Source: Octopus bimaculoides (lineage: Eukaryota). From it: 56,406 nucleotides of DNA. Of this stretch, positions 11,122-24,000 are shown piece after piece (the stretch's first letter is position 1; each line of letters opens with the position of its first letter). The DNA lies in assembly GCF_001194135.2 (NCBI RefSeq), contig NC_068984.1:132396355-132452760 (forward strand). The letters run 5' to 3'. Both the position numbers and the translations under genes were made by a program. The notes beneath the pieces were generated by a model. That model was given only the letters and a program-made list of their open reading frames with translations, ran no database searches and was not told the origin of the DNA.

Positions 11122-11910
11122 GCACCAGCCCCCGATTCTGTTGGTCCGGTTGATTCAAATCTTCATCTACACCACCCACCCACTGTAGCTGCTCTCTCAC
11201 AACCTCAACAGCTGCCTGGTTCTAGCACAGCTACCTCAGATCCTGACAGCAGTGTCTCTAATACAGATGCCAAACCAAAATCACCAACCAAGATTTCTCT
11301 GAAAAACCAAAAAGAAATTTTACACCCAGAGTTGGAGAAAATCAGAACTGAGGCCAACCGGAACTCGGTGCCTTTCATTACTGCACTCTTTAACGATCAT
11401 TTATTATTGATGCAACACAGCAGCAGCAGTTTTTGCTCTACTGACACTGGCACCATAAAATCCACCGATTCACGGCATTCTACTGCATCAAACCATGATA
11501 TGGATGGTCGGCGGTTATCTGCTTGTTATCCGAGCAGCACTGGTACTATGATAATGTGCCACTCGACACGGCCTTACAGCTGGCACAATGAGAAGTTTGA
11601 CTTGGACTCGCAGCTTGGCTACAATGTTGGTGGCAATGGCGCCACATCTCCTGCGGGTCTTTCACCCAGTTACTTCAACAATCATCACAGTGAGCCAAAC
11701 ACCTTGAATAATTTCACCACACCTCTGCCTACCTCATGGACTCATTCAATAGCATGCATGCCTGGATGTGGACAGTCTTTGAATACATACGACCCACAGA
11801 ATATTGCCTCTCAGCACATGATTCCTGCGAGGCTGTCTTGTGGTGGACATGATAAAAATGAAGGCTCGATGCCCCACAAAACTTTAAAAGAAAATATAGG
11901 AATTGCATAA
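11122..11910 (+). CDS. ex: Expanded/FRMD6-like terminal coding exon
   Basis: tctccttgcag|GCA acceptor, open to TAA at 11908-11910. APAPDSVG...LHPELEKIRTEANRNSVPFITALFND...TLKENIGIA*. Confidence 0.85.
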   Translation, partial: APAPDSVGPVDSNLHLHHPPTVAALSQPQQLPGSSTATSDPDSSVSNTDAKPKSPTKISLKNQKEILHPELEKIRTEANRNSVPFITALFNDHLLLMQHSSSSFCSTDTGTIKSTDSRHSTASNHDMDGRRLSACYPSSTGTMIMCHSTRPYSWHNEKFDLDSQLGYNVGGNGATSPAGLSPSYFNNHHSEPNTLNNFTTPLPTSWTHSIACMPGCGQSLNTYDPQNIASQHMIPARLSCGGHDKNEGSMPHKTLKENIGIA

Positions 11911-14900
11911 TGATTTTACACTAATTTATACCCTTTCCTTCTCTCTCTCTCTCTTCCTACTATCAACAGACTTTTTATGTTCTTTTGTAGATATAGTTCC
12001 TTCTTCTTATAATGCTCCTTCCTTGCCTGACTCCTCACCTCTCATTCTTGGAGGGGAATGTTGTTTCAAAGTTGTTAACAAGGTTGTTTATTTTTCTATC
12101 CAATCCCATTACACCACCCAACTATATCCTCATGTAAAGATAAAAACTATGTAATTTATTCAAAATACCAGCAATTAATGCTGTAAACTAACGAAAAAAA
12201 GTGGGGCTTTATTCATGATTTTCTTTTCTATTTTATCTTGTTAAATCATACAAACTTATTTTATTATTATTATTTATTTCCTTTGTAAGAATACATTAAA
12301 AAAAATGGCCATCTTGAAAACTCACATTTTGTTCATGGCCACTCATACTCAAGGTTATTTTGAAAACATTTCTATAATGTATGTGTGTGTATATATGTAT
12401 ACATAAACGTATTCAGCAATTTTTGAAAGCTGCTAATTTATGGGTGGGGGGTAAATTTGGTGAGTTTGTATCTTCTGATTTATTGATTTAAAAAAAAAAA
12501 ACACATTATTATTGCATATTGAGCACTCTTATGTTCTTCCTACTTCCCAGATATGTCGGTGTGTGTACATATATACCATACTGTATACACACACATTAAT
12601 AGGCATTTACACATACCACGCACACACACACACACACACAATATATGTACATTTAGACTTAAACACATGTATATATGTATCGATGGCTGTGTTTGGAATT
12701 GGTGTTTTGTACTGTTTAATTTTTGTGTTGCTCTAAGAATACTAGATAAGCTAAGCAGGGTAGAAGAACTATGGAACTAGGTACATGCAAATACTACAAA
12801 GTTCAGTTATTAGATGAGCTTTTAAATTTATCATTTGAGAAGAAAAAATATCAATTCTATAGTATCTACAAAATACATATACATACGTGTGTTGTACACA
12901 AGTATGTATATATGTTTTGTGGTCAGACATGTGCGTGCACACGTACACACACGCATGCATGCTCACACTAGCTGAATCACTAACTCTTGCCTGAGTGCTG
13001 AAACTTGGCTCTTCATTATGTAGGGGTAAAAGAGACCCACCCAAATTGTAAAATGTCCCTGAACATTAATAGTCAACGTACTTCCTTCCTCTTTCACAAG
13101 GACTGTACTACCAATTGAGGTCATTTGAAAGTGGGAGTTTTATTTTATGTATTTCAGACATTATATTAAGAAATTTACAATCCAATTCATAGTGCATAAT
13201 ACCTGAATATTTTATAAATACTAATAAAAGTTTAAATGTGAAGCTATAGAAGAAAAAATTATGTTCTACCTTCTATGGTATTTGAAATCGCGTACCAACT
13301 TTAATGAAGATATGAGTTTCAAATGAGGAATTTTAGTTAGTACAATGTTCTAATATATATATATATATATATATATACTTTCTATACAATATTGTCTGAG
13401 AGAGATGAGTGATAAAGTGCAAGAAAGAAACAGAAGGGGGGAGCTCACCTCTCCCTTATAACTATCAGTCTTTCACTTTCTCTTTCTTTTGGACCCAAGA
13501 TTTTTTCTTCGTGCATTATTGTGGGTTGAATAGATTTGTGTTCAAATTTTAGAAAACATTGTCAAGTGATAGCATTGTTTCAAGACAAACAGTGATGCTC
13601 TCTCTCTCTCTCTCTCTCTCACTCACACACACACACACACACACTATTATTGCAGTTCTCAGAGAAGTGTATACTGGATTTAGTGAGTAGAAATTTCATT
13701 TAATTTCCAATGTTTATTTTAATTTAGCATCATCGTTTAATCAACGTGTGTCAATGAAAGTTTAACTCTTATGTAATACATACATATGTACAAAATTCTA
13801 ACTTGGCTAAATATTTATATTCAATATTGCCATTACCATTGTTCTCTTTATTAGTATTGTTATTTTACCAACACTATGGCGCTGGGGGACAAACTATTTC
13901 CAAGCCATTATACAACTTTTTGTTTCCAATAGCATCTAATTCACTTCACTTATGCCTCTCATACCTTTCCCTAATGCATGGTTATCATGCAGTCCTATTT
14001 CTCTCCTTTATAAATTGTAGCTTTTTGCATAAATAGGTAATCTGTCTTGTTTGCATGTGTGTATAAGTCTTTATTAGTGTTAGGCAGTCAGTCACGCGGC
14101 TGATTTTATAAAGTACCAGACTAAATTCTTTGTAGTTATTACTTTGTTTCTTTTATGTTCATATTCAAGTCTTCATCTTTCCTTTGTCTGGATTCACTAA
14201 AATGAGTACCAGCAATGTACTTTAATCAGTTCAGTTGACTGTACCTTCTCTCTGTATAAATATGTGACTTGTCCCAAATTTAGGAATTTTTGTCTTGTCT
14301 GCTGGTGTTCTTAGTGCTATGACTGCTAGAAGAATATTAAACCATCCCAACTGTTATATAAATGTCTTTTGCTGTCAATTATTATACTAGTGGTACTGCA
14401 TCTCAAGTATTTTATACAAATTATGCTAAGCTAGATTCTATTGATACTGGCTCACTAGCTCTACTACATTGGCAAAAGCAGACTTTTAAATTGGAAAAAT
14501 CAAATGTTTTTTCTGAAAGAAATCAAATCCTAACAGTTTCTCTTGTGCAGCTAATCATATTGAGAAAGGCATGACTGTTATATAATCTTAATCTAATAAT
14601 GCTATAAATCTAAATGTCTTTAATTCTAATAAAATAATTGACTGCGATGTCTGTCGTATATTTAACGTCATAAGTAACATGTAGCTGTATCACATTAAAA
14701 GAGCTAGTAGTCATATTATACATTCAGTGATAGAAAGCTGGCTGTCAACAGTTGTACAAATGAAAGAGATAGCATTGTAGCCATCAGGGTGAATTGACAC
14801 TCAAGACAATGTTGTAAGTGAATGGTTTAGACTAGACTTATTGAGGGATATGCTCATGTGCCTGAACTGATAAAAAAGATGGTGTCTACTGCTAATATTA

Positions 14901-15100
14901 CTACTACTACAAATACAAAATACTCCAATAGCTTCAAACTTTGGTCATATGACTCAGCTTGTTCCTTTTAATATCAGTGTCTTCTCTTTAGAATAAATAA
15001 ATGTTCTGCATCTTATCTATCATTTCCATTCGCTTGACATTCAGTCTATCATTGCAGTCTGTCTCTTTATGGAATATATATATATATATAAATATATATT

Positions 15101-15340
15101 ACGGAGATGTACTTGCATAGCAAGTGACCTGATCTGAGATCGGGTGCTGGAACGAAAACAATTGCAGCGTGGAAGGTGTTTATAAGCCATTTAAGAAACA
15201 CACAAAAACCGTTGGATTCACTTCAACATTTAAATTCAATTTGCCAAAATATTTTCGTCGCTTTGAGACCGCAACCTGTTCACTGACAAAATTCCGTGCT
15301 GCATCTTAAATGGCTTATAAACACCTTCCACGCTGCAATT
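15101..15340 (-). mobile_element. (AT)n-embedded element with a 36-bp perfect inverted repeat and a variant hammerhead fold; possible non-autonomous Penelope-like element
   Basis: 15160-15195 is the exact reverse complement of 15305-15340. The left arm is internal, so this is not a TIR pair. Minus strand 15290-15240 folds as a type-I hammerhead. Confidence 0.55.
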
Positions 15341-15419
15341 ATATATATATGTAGGTATGTTGATGCAGACAGGAAAAATAAAACTCAAAATGTGAGTTTT
15401 CTTTTTCTTTTTTATTTAT

Positions 15420-15551
15420 TTATTTCAGTCATTTGACTGCGGCCATGCTGGAGCACCACCTTTTAGTCGAATAAATCGACACCAGGACTTATTCTTTGTA
15501 AGCCTAGTACTTATTCTATCAGTCGCTTTTTGCCGAACTGCTAAGTTACAG
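15420..15551 (-). mobile_element. SINE family A-type 3' tail fragment
   Basis: TTTCAGTCATTTGACTGCGGCCATGCTGGAGCACC...AAGCCTAGTACTTATTC, also seen near 19630, 24310, 36550 and 52570. Confidence 0.8.
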
Positions 15552-16709
15552 GTTTTGCTTGAAGACCCTGTGCACCCACAAGCAAAATTCAGAGCAGCGA
15601 GAGACTTACTCAGCCGAAATAGAATAGTGTGTGAAAGGCTTGAAATATACGTTCAGATGCTTTCATCTGGAACTGACATGAAATGGAATCATTCTACAAA
15701 GTGAACCCAGGCCTAACAGCATCTCATTTGTCCTGTCAATGCACTTCTGCTTGACTTCCTATTATTGAAAATTTTACATGAGTGTCTTTCAAATAGACAT
15801 ATAAGTAGTTGACAGTTTAGTGTATCATTCTGGCCATAGGGTGAAAGCACAGGTGTGTAACACAGTTCACTATGTAATCACACACTATACTTTTTGGTTG
15901 TTTTATAACGCATATCACTTTGTGCCAACCAATACCACGTAAGTGGAATTTATAAACAAAAATTGTCAGGAAATCCATTGTGTGTTTGGACACATTTGTA
16001 TGTTTGTGTGAATGTTCACATTTTAACATTTTTGCAGATTTCCTGAGCAAAAAGTGATGTGATGTTTATATTCTCTGTAAATGTAAACATTCCTTTAGCT
16101 CTGCAATTTTGGAGTCGATTGGAATGTAAAAAGTCCCTTACTTGGAAAAAAAAAAAACCCAGGTAAACAATTATTTATAAGGAGTGCATTCAACCATAAA
16201 ATACCAACTCGAATAAGTATCCGTCCAACCCATTGCTCTGGGTCAGTTATTTCATCAGGATGAAATCTGTTTAGTGCCTTATTTACTGGCATTCAGAGTG
16301 GAGGTGCAATGGTCCAGTGGTTAGGACAGCGGACTCGCGGTCATAGGATCGCAGTTTCGATTCCCAGACCGGGCGTTGTGAGTGTTTATTGAGCGAAAAC
16401 ACCTAAAGCTCCACGAGGCTCCGGCAGGGGATGGTGGCGAACCCTGCTGTACTCTTCCACCACAACTTTCTCTCATTCTTATNNNNNNNNNNNNNNNNNN
16501 NNNNNNNNNNNNNNNNNATTTTGGAGTCGATTGGAATGTAAAAAGTCCCTTACTTGGAAAAAAAAAAAACCCAGGTAAACAATTATTTATAAGGAGTGCA
16601 TTCAACCATAAAATACCAACTCGAATAAGTATCCGTCCAACCCATTGCTCTGGGTCAGTTATTTCATCAGGATGAAATCTGTTTAGTGCCTTATTTACTG
16701 GCATTCAGA

Positions 16710-17094
16710 GTGGAGGTGCAATGGTCCAGTGGTTAGGACAGCGGACTCGCGGTCATAGGATCGCAGTTTCGATTCCCAGACCGGGCGTTGTGAGTGTTTA
16801 TTGAGCGAAAACACCTAAAGCTCCACGAGGCTCCGGCAGGGGATGGTGGCGAACCCTGCTGTACTCTTCCACCACAACTTTCTCTCATTCTTATTTACTG
16901 TTTCTGTTGTACCTGTATTTCAAAGGGTCAGCCTTGTCACAGTCTATGTCATGCTGAATCTCCCCTGAGAACTACGTTAATGGTACACGTGTCTGTGGAG
17001 TGCTCAGCCACTTGCACGTTAATTTCACAAGCAGGCTGTTCTGTTGATCGGATCAACTGGAACCCTCGTTGTCGTAAGCGACGGAGTGCCAACA
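16710..17094 (+). mobile_element. Full-length tRNA-derived SINE family C with 13-bp TSD
   Basis: A-box TGGTCCAGTGG, B-box GTTTCGATTCC. ACTGGCATTCAGA is duplicated at 16697-16709 and 17095-17107. Confidence 0.9.
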
Positions 17095-17630
17095 ACTGGC
17101 ATTCAGAATATTGTCATGTGGTTCTGGAGACAAGTAGATTTGAAGGTAGTCGTGTGAGTGACAATTGCTACACACACACACACACAGAGTAGAGATAGAT
17201 CTCAGTGCAATGTCATGGTTTCTACATCTTGGGGACATGCGTGTGTGAATATGTTCTTTCATGCCTGTGCCTATACATTCAAGTTAAGATTTCTGACTTC
17301 TTTCAAAGGCCAGTTAAGTACCAGTTAAAAGCTAGTTAAGTGACTACATCTCTACTTCATATATTTGTGAACTTGTGCCCTTGTCAGATCATATGCTAAT
17401 TTTTTTTTTTTAATTTAGGAGGAAAGGTAATGCTATGTTGTTCACATTTCTTTACAAACTGTAACAGGCCCATGTAAGGAATTTCTGCAGCTAGTGTGTA
17501 TATATATATATCTGCATATGCAAGTATGTAAGTGTACATAAATTTTTATGTGTGTAGATATATTTTTTTTAACAAATGCTCCTTCTTGCCAGTGTCTTTG
17601 AACTATTTTGCTTTCTTTTCTGACTTTTCA

Positions 17631-18097
17631 AAACATCCTTCCACCACCACCACAAACCATCCTTCCACTACCACCACAAACCATCCTTCCACCACCATCA
17701 CAAACCATCCTTCCACCACCACCACAAACCATCCTTCCACCACCACCACAAACCATCCTTCCACTACCACCACNNNNNNNNNNNNNNNNNNNNNNNNNNN
17801 NNNNNNNNNNNNNNNNNNNNNNNNNNNNNNNNNNNNNNNNNNNNNNNNNNNNNNNNNNNNNNNNNNNNNNNNNNNNNNNNNNNNNNNNNNNNNNNNNNNN
17901 NNNNNNNNNNNNNNNNNNNNNNNNNACATCCTTCCACCACCACCACAAACCATCCTTCCACTACCACCACAAACCATCCTTCCACCACCATCACAAACCA
18001 TCCTTCCACCACCACCACAAACCATCCTTCCACCACCACCACAAAACATCCTTCCACCACCATCACAAAACATCCTTCCACCACCATCACAAAACAT
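17631..18097. repeat. 24-bp minisatellite (AAACCATCCTTCCACCACCACCAC)n spanning an N-gap
   Basis: Unit seen directly on both sides of the gap; explains the repetitive ORFs in both orientations. Confidence 0.95.
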
Positions 18098-21000
18098 CTC
18101 ATGACCATAAAAATCAAACAAATCTCACCCTCCTCCTCCTCCTCCTCCAATATCACTACAAAAATTAATTTGAATCTCTTTCGAATATCCAAGAAAAGTC
18201 ACTTTCACAACACTGGTGTTAGATTGGAATGGGGAAAACTTTGCCTTTCAGAGATTGCTTTGCCTAAAAACTGTTATTATTTTGAAGGGCAGTAGATTAG
18301 CAAAACAATAGTGTGGTATATTTAATTATGGCAGAGGATTTTTTATTTAATTTTGATCTTTTGTTCAAAATACTATCAGGATTGGCTTTGCTTTCTTTCG
18401 CTTCTCCTTGGGTTTCGTAGAATTAGCAGCAACAATAATATAGGTGTTGACTCTGTCGATTAGACAACCATTTACAATTTTCTGGTTTTTAGAATGGTTT
18501 AATTAGTTTCATTGAGTGGCCGCAAACACTCATACCCTACTAAATTATTATTGATTTTATAAATTCCCTCTTAATTTTTATGTTCACCTGGGCACAAACT
18601 TATTTTCTCTCTTCGTCTGTCTGTCTGTCTCTCTCTCTCTGTTGATTTTTACATTGGTAAAAATGAGCAAACATTAGTCAAATGAATTTAGCTACTCTTG
18701 ACATTTCTGATGATGTTTATAAGCTGTAGTTTTGTGATTTCAGCAAATATTGGCAGTTAATGTTTAGCTTATATATTGTGTGTGTGTGTGTGTGTGTGTG
18801 TATAAGACCTATACTCACTCCTACTTGATCGAGCATGTGACACAGCAACACCTAAGAGCATCATACAGCTTCAACACCTTCCACGTATAGATAATGCTGC
18901 TAGGCATGTCATGTTATTTTGTTTTAAATTTCAGCAGGATTTATATTCTAGTTATATCTATGCCACTTTCACTTCAACGAAATTAGAACTCTAAGAATAT
19001 GCATACAATCCTCAATTTAAAGATGGAGGTTTGTTGAGAGAGATTTGATTGCTGCAATGAATGTGAAGTATTTGTATTCAAAGGGATGGTATTCTAATTG
19101 AAACTTCAAATTTCTGCAAAAATAAATAAAGGGACTTATTTAACTGTTTATATTTTAATGTGCTCTCTCTCCAATTATTCAGTCTATATGATCTGTTATT
19201 GAGTACCTTATTGTTGCCCAAGGTTGTTTCTCAGCTTTATTTCCCATGTCATCTGTGATAGTGTTTTAAGATTTAATCATCCAAATAACAAACTTCACTC
19301 TTTCATTTACCTGGGTACTTCTGCGTGTGAATTGCTGCAATTTGTTCAGGGGGGAACAAAATCAATAATATCTGTATAATTTGCATACATTCGTTAAGAA
19401 TGTGGGATTAATTTTATTGGTTGAATGTTATTTGCATAAATGTTTGGGATGAATTATCTGAATTATTTTGGGTGCTGGTTGGAAAATTAGAATTGGTAGG
19501 GACAAGTTAAGCAAATATTTTTGGAAAAAGATGGGTGTGATATTTTTTATTTACATTTTTTTGTAGGCACAATGTTTCAGGATATTTTATCCCACCACCA
19601 AAAAAAGTTAACTGATTAAACAATATTCTTTTACTTGTTTCAGTCATTTGACTGCAGTCATGCTGGAGCACCACCTTTCAGTTTCCGTCTACCAAATCCC
19701 CTCACAAGGCCTTGGTTGGCTCAAGCCTATAGTAGAAGACACTTACCCAAGGTGTCACACAGTAGGACTGAGCCCGGAACCATGTGGTTGGAAAGCAAGC
19801 TTCTTACCACACAGCCACGAACTTCAAACTCTATCTCATTTCATTGTGTTGGTGCATGTATTTCTAAATGGATGATAGGCTTTCTGTAACTAACCACTCA
19901 GGCATGAAGTACAAGGGACAAATTTTGTTTTGTCAGATGAACTGAAACAATCAGCTGTGTGCCTTACTCAGTGATGCAAGACAAGGCTGTATGGTCAATC
20001 AGTAGTACAGTATCTTTATCTCACAACCATTGCCAATGACCATGATGGATGAAGAGCTCTTGTTGGTGCCCCATAACCCACATAGATTTCTAGGATTAAG
20101 AAGAATTTGTATTTCCATAAAATTGACACTATGTAATCATATATTATCTAGAGCTGTTTTTGTCTTGACATTTTGTTAATCAATCTCTCTTTTCATTCAC
20201 ACATACACATGCTTGTGCATGCACACATACACACACACACCTATGCACATTTTTAGTGTTTATTTGTTTCTTTTGTGTCAAAACATAAGAGTGTTCAATA
20301 CAAATTTGTGGTGGAAGAGTTGGTTAAAAAGTATATATAGATATGTGTGAAACCCATGGTATGGGATTGATATCATAGTTTGTGTACAGACATACACACA
20401 TGCAAATGATTTGTTACTTTGTCGGAATGAATATTTTTACCTGTTAAATTAAATGTTTATAAGAGATTTCTTTGAGTAAAGGGCTTTGTATTCAATTAAA
20501 CATAACTGTTTAATCACCATTATTATTTTTAGAGCAGTTGATGGCCGACCCTGTGGAGCATTGGACAAAATACCTTTTGTATTCTTGGTCCGAATCTCTC
20601 CAGGTTTGGCTTTGCCATTCATAATTTCAGGGATGATAAAATAAGAACCAATGAAGTACTGTGGCTTTGTGCCTATGTTAGAAATCACTATTATTATTGT
20701 TATTAATAATCTGTTATATGGAATTATGGTACAAAACCAAGTTTGTAAATTTGAATTTGATTGCCAGCCAAAAACTATTTTATTAAAGGCACCAAATGAA
20801 TGTTGTATCTTCCAATTTTTCTTTTTTCCTCAGCTATAAACCTGAAATGTCATGTGCATGTAAGAAATCATCATTATTATTATTATTTTATTATCATACA
20901 GATCAACAGATTGGCAAAAGGGGCAGAAAACTGAATTTTTACAAAATCTAGTTTTTTGCCTTACCTATCTTAAGTCAGTTCCCTCTAAGGTTTACTTTAC

Positions 21001-24000
21001 TTTCATCCCTGCAAAGTTGATAAAAATACCTGTAATATACTGGTACTTTACAATTTACTATTCTCCTTATCTCTTACACAGACGGTCTTGTGCCTTGCAA
21101 AAATCTTCAACATTATGTCGTTATGGAAACTGGAGTGGTGGAATCAGGAATGCATTGAACTAAATACTTTCTTGTATTTATTAATAGCTTCCTTCTGTGT
21201 TCCAAATTCAGATCCACCACAGTTGAATTTGCCTTTAATTCTCCTGGGGATTTGATGAAACAAGTACCAGTCCCTATACTGGGGTCGATTCCTTTGACTG
21301 CCTCCCTTCCCCTACAAATTTTTGGCCTTGTGCCAATTTAAAAAAAAAAAGAGAATTCATCACACCATAATTATTTTTATTGGGTTTCAAGAAGCTTGCA
21401 AAATATTACAAACGCTTCTTTCCCCCCTTCCCTTTTATTTTTTTTTCTCTTCCATTTTTCGGAAAGTTGTCGGTTAGTACTTATGTAAATACCATTGGTC
21501 TCTCATCTAGATCATCGAAGCCAAGCAACTGTATATATTCTTTCCCATGGAAAGTACTTGCATGTTAACCATGAACCCTGCTACTTCCTGCAGGGTATCT
21601 GGCACCCTTCATCAACATTGTCATATAATAATTCTATCTACTCCACCTTTGTTGTTACGGTTTTTTTTTTGTATATTTTTCATACTATTATTATTATTAT
21701 TATAACACTGTATATTTTCCCTCCATTTTTCTATAATAAAGGTAAATAACAAAAAAAAAAAACTATATCCATGTATCTTTTTGATAGTAAAAACAAAATC
21801 AGTAATTGTACACAATTTGTAGAAAAAGCAAAATGTTCTTAACTTTTTTTTTTTTCTCTCTCTCCATAGCTCCTTTGTTATGTTGTTTCAGTATGATTGT
21901 CAGTTATGGCCAGTCTTGCGATTCAGGGGCTTAAACTTGCCCTTATTAAACCAAAGGTTTTCAGGATTCAGCTATAATCAAAAATTCATTCCCCCCTTTT
22001 TTACTTATATAACCTTAAAGATTCATCACTTTCTGTGGTTTGTTAAATTCGTAGTTGTTCCTTTCCCAAATCCCTTCCCGTTCTCATTTTGTTTCCCTTT
22101 TAAATATTTCTCACCCTCAGTTGTCCTTTCCATTATTTATAGATATTCAGAATATTTTATGAATACTCTAAACAAAAAGTACACTCAAACACACACACAT
22201 ATATATATATATATATGTATATATATACATACATACACACATATACTTTCTCATTTTATAATTTTTAAATATTTTTATCTGTGCCTTCTTTGTCCCAAGT
22301 TATTCACTTACTGACATATATTACTATACCTGTTATTTCTTGTGGCACTTCTAAGGTTTTCTTCATTATGAAAAAGTGTCATTTATTTAACATTAAGGAA
22401 TGTTTCAAGTGTCACAAAATGTTTTGAAAGGGTGTGGATTTTCTTTCTACTTAGAGAAAACAAAAAACGTTTTATAAGTAGACCAAAGTGTTGTTTAAAT
22501 TCTTCTAACCATTGATTTTTTTTTTTTTTAACTTCCATTTTGGTCAACTGGCAGAAAGACTTGCTTTAATTCTTGTAATATTGTCGTCAACCAAAGAAAA
22601 TTTTGTTGATGACTTTGAATGTTTAATTTTATAACTAACGAAATTAGATCTGAAGTTTTGATCCTCAGTGAACATGTTGAGGTTTGTTGGGCTGTTCCAG
22701 TGACCTTTTTTAATTTTTGTTAACTATATTTCTGCCCAACTGTTTCACTGAGAATTTATTACACCTCATTTGGTACAATACACAAATATCTACACACGCA
22801 TATACGTATACACAATATTGCAACCTAAGTCAAGAGATTAAGAATGCAGACTTATTTAATGTTTTTGTTGCCTTGGATGTCTTACCACTTTACTTGTAAA
22901 GGTAAATCTTTGGGTTCACATCGAAGTAGTTCTTTATATATTTATGCCAGTTGAATTTTCCCCTTTTCTAACGAATGTATACTGTTTTTTTTTTTTTTAT
23001 GTAAATTTTCAGTGAATCTCTGATATACTTACAGAGCATTTCCATAAAGTTTATTTGCTTTTGAAATATTCTTGAATATAAACACAACATAACATACATA
23101 TATATTTATATATATTTAAAAATAAATATTAAAACCGTTTCATTGTATTTTTTTTACAAAATTTTACCTACTTGGATTTTTTTTTCTCCCTTCTTTTTAG
23201 TATATAGATCTTTCCTCTACATGTTGGGGGAAAATACCTTGAAGTTAATAACAGATATGGTCTGCTGTGCAGGTGTATGTGCATGTGTGCTTGCGTGTTT
23301 GTGTGTGTGTTGTACATGTTTAAAAAAACAAAAAACTATTGTTCTTATTTGATACTGAGCTATTTATCGTTTCAAAAATGGTTGACTTTAGTTGAAAAGA
23401 AAAGAATGGAGGTATCTTAATGACTCAACTATCAAAGAAGATACCAGCTAGCAATAACTTGAAACTTGCATGCTATTCATACAGAAAGAATGAGGAGGGA
23501 TGTTATAGATGTATCACTGTTATATACTCAGTGAAATACTGTTTGGTTCATGTGTGTAGATCTATTCTAGTAATAAATGTTATTTACAGTCAGTTCTCTT
23601 GGTCTTCTTTTTATCTCTATATATACTGTCAGCCTTGACTCAACAGTTAATGTTTGCTTTTGTCATTTGTATGTCTATATTGCATTGTTGCCACTGTACT
23701 GTACCTTTTTAATCCTTTAGCATTTAATCCAGCCATATCCAGCCCAAATATTCTACCTGTCTTATGCTCAAATCAGCCAGATCTGGTCTCTCACATCCAC
23801 CCTACAATGTCATTCTAAAAATATATACCTTCCATCTATATATAATAACTGAGTTAATGATTTAAAAAAATTCTGGTATAAAATACTAACATTCATGCCA
23901 TCATCATCATTATTCTAACATCCACTTTTTCCATGCTTGCATGGGTCAGACAGAATTAACTGAGGCAGATTTTCTACAATCAGATACCTTTCCTGTGTCG

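Noticed and set aside
16304-16380. tRNA-like sequence (also at 16712 and other SINE heads)
   Set aside because: A and B boxes are present, but the sequence runs straight into a SINE body with TSDs; not a tRNA gene.
16106-16894. Identical 377-bp direct repeat (16106-16482 and 16518-16894) giving duplicate ORFs
   Set aside because: The copies are identical and separated only by a 35-N gap; only the second has a complete SINE with TSD. This is an unmerged contig overlap.
17532-18192. Multiple 100-190 aa ORFs (poly-PPPQTIL, GGGRM, HHHHKPSF)
   Set aside because: Translations of a 24-bp minisatellite and an N-gap; no splice or homology support.
20533-20603. Exon-like segment ttttag|...CAG|gtttgg reading QLMADPVEHWTKYLLYSWSESLQ
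   Set aside because: No recognisable homology and no partner exons; lies after the Expanded-like stop. Could be chance.
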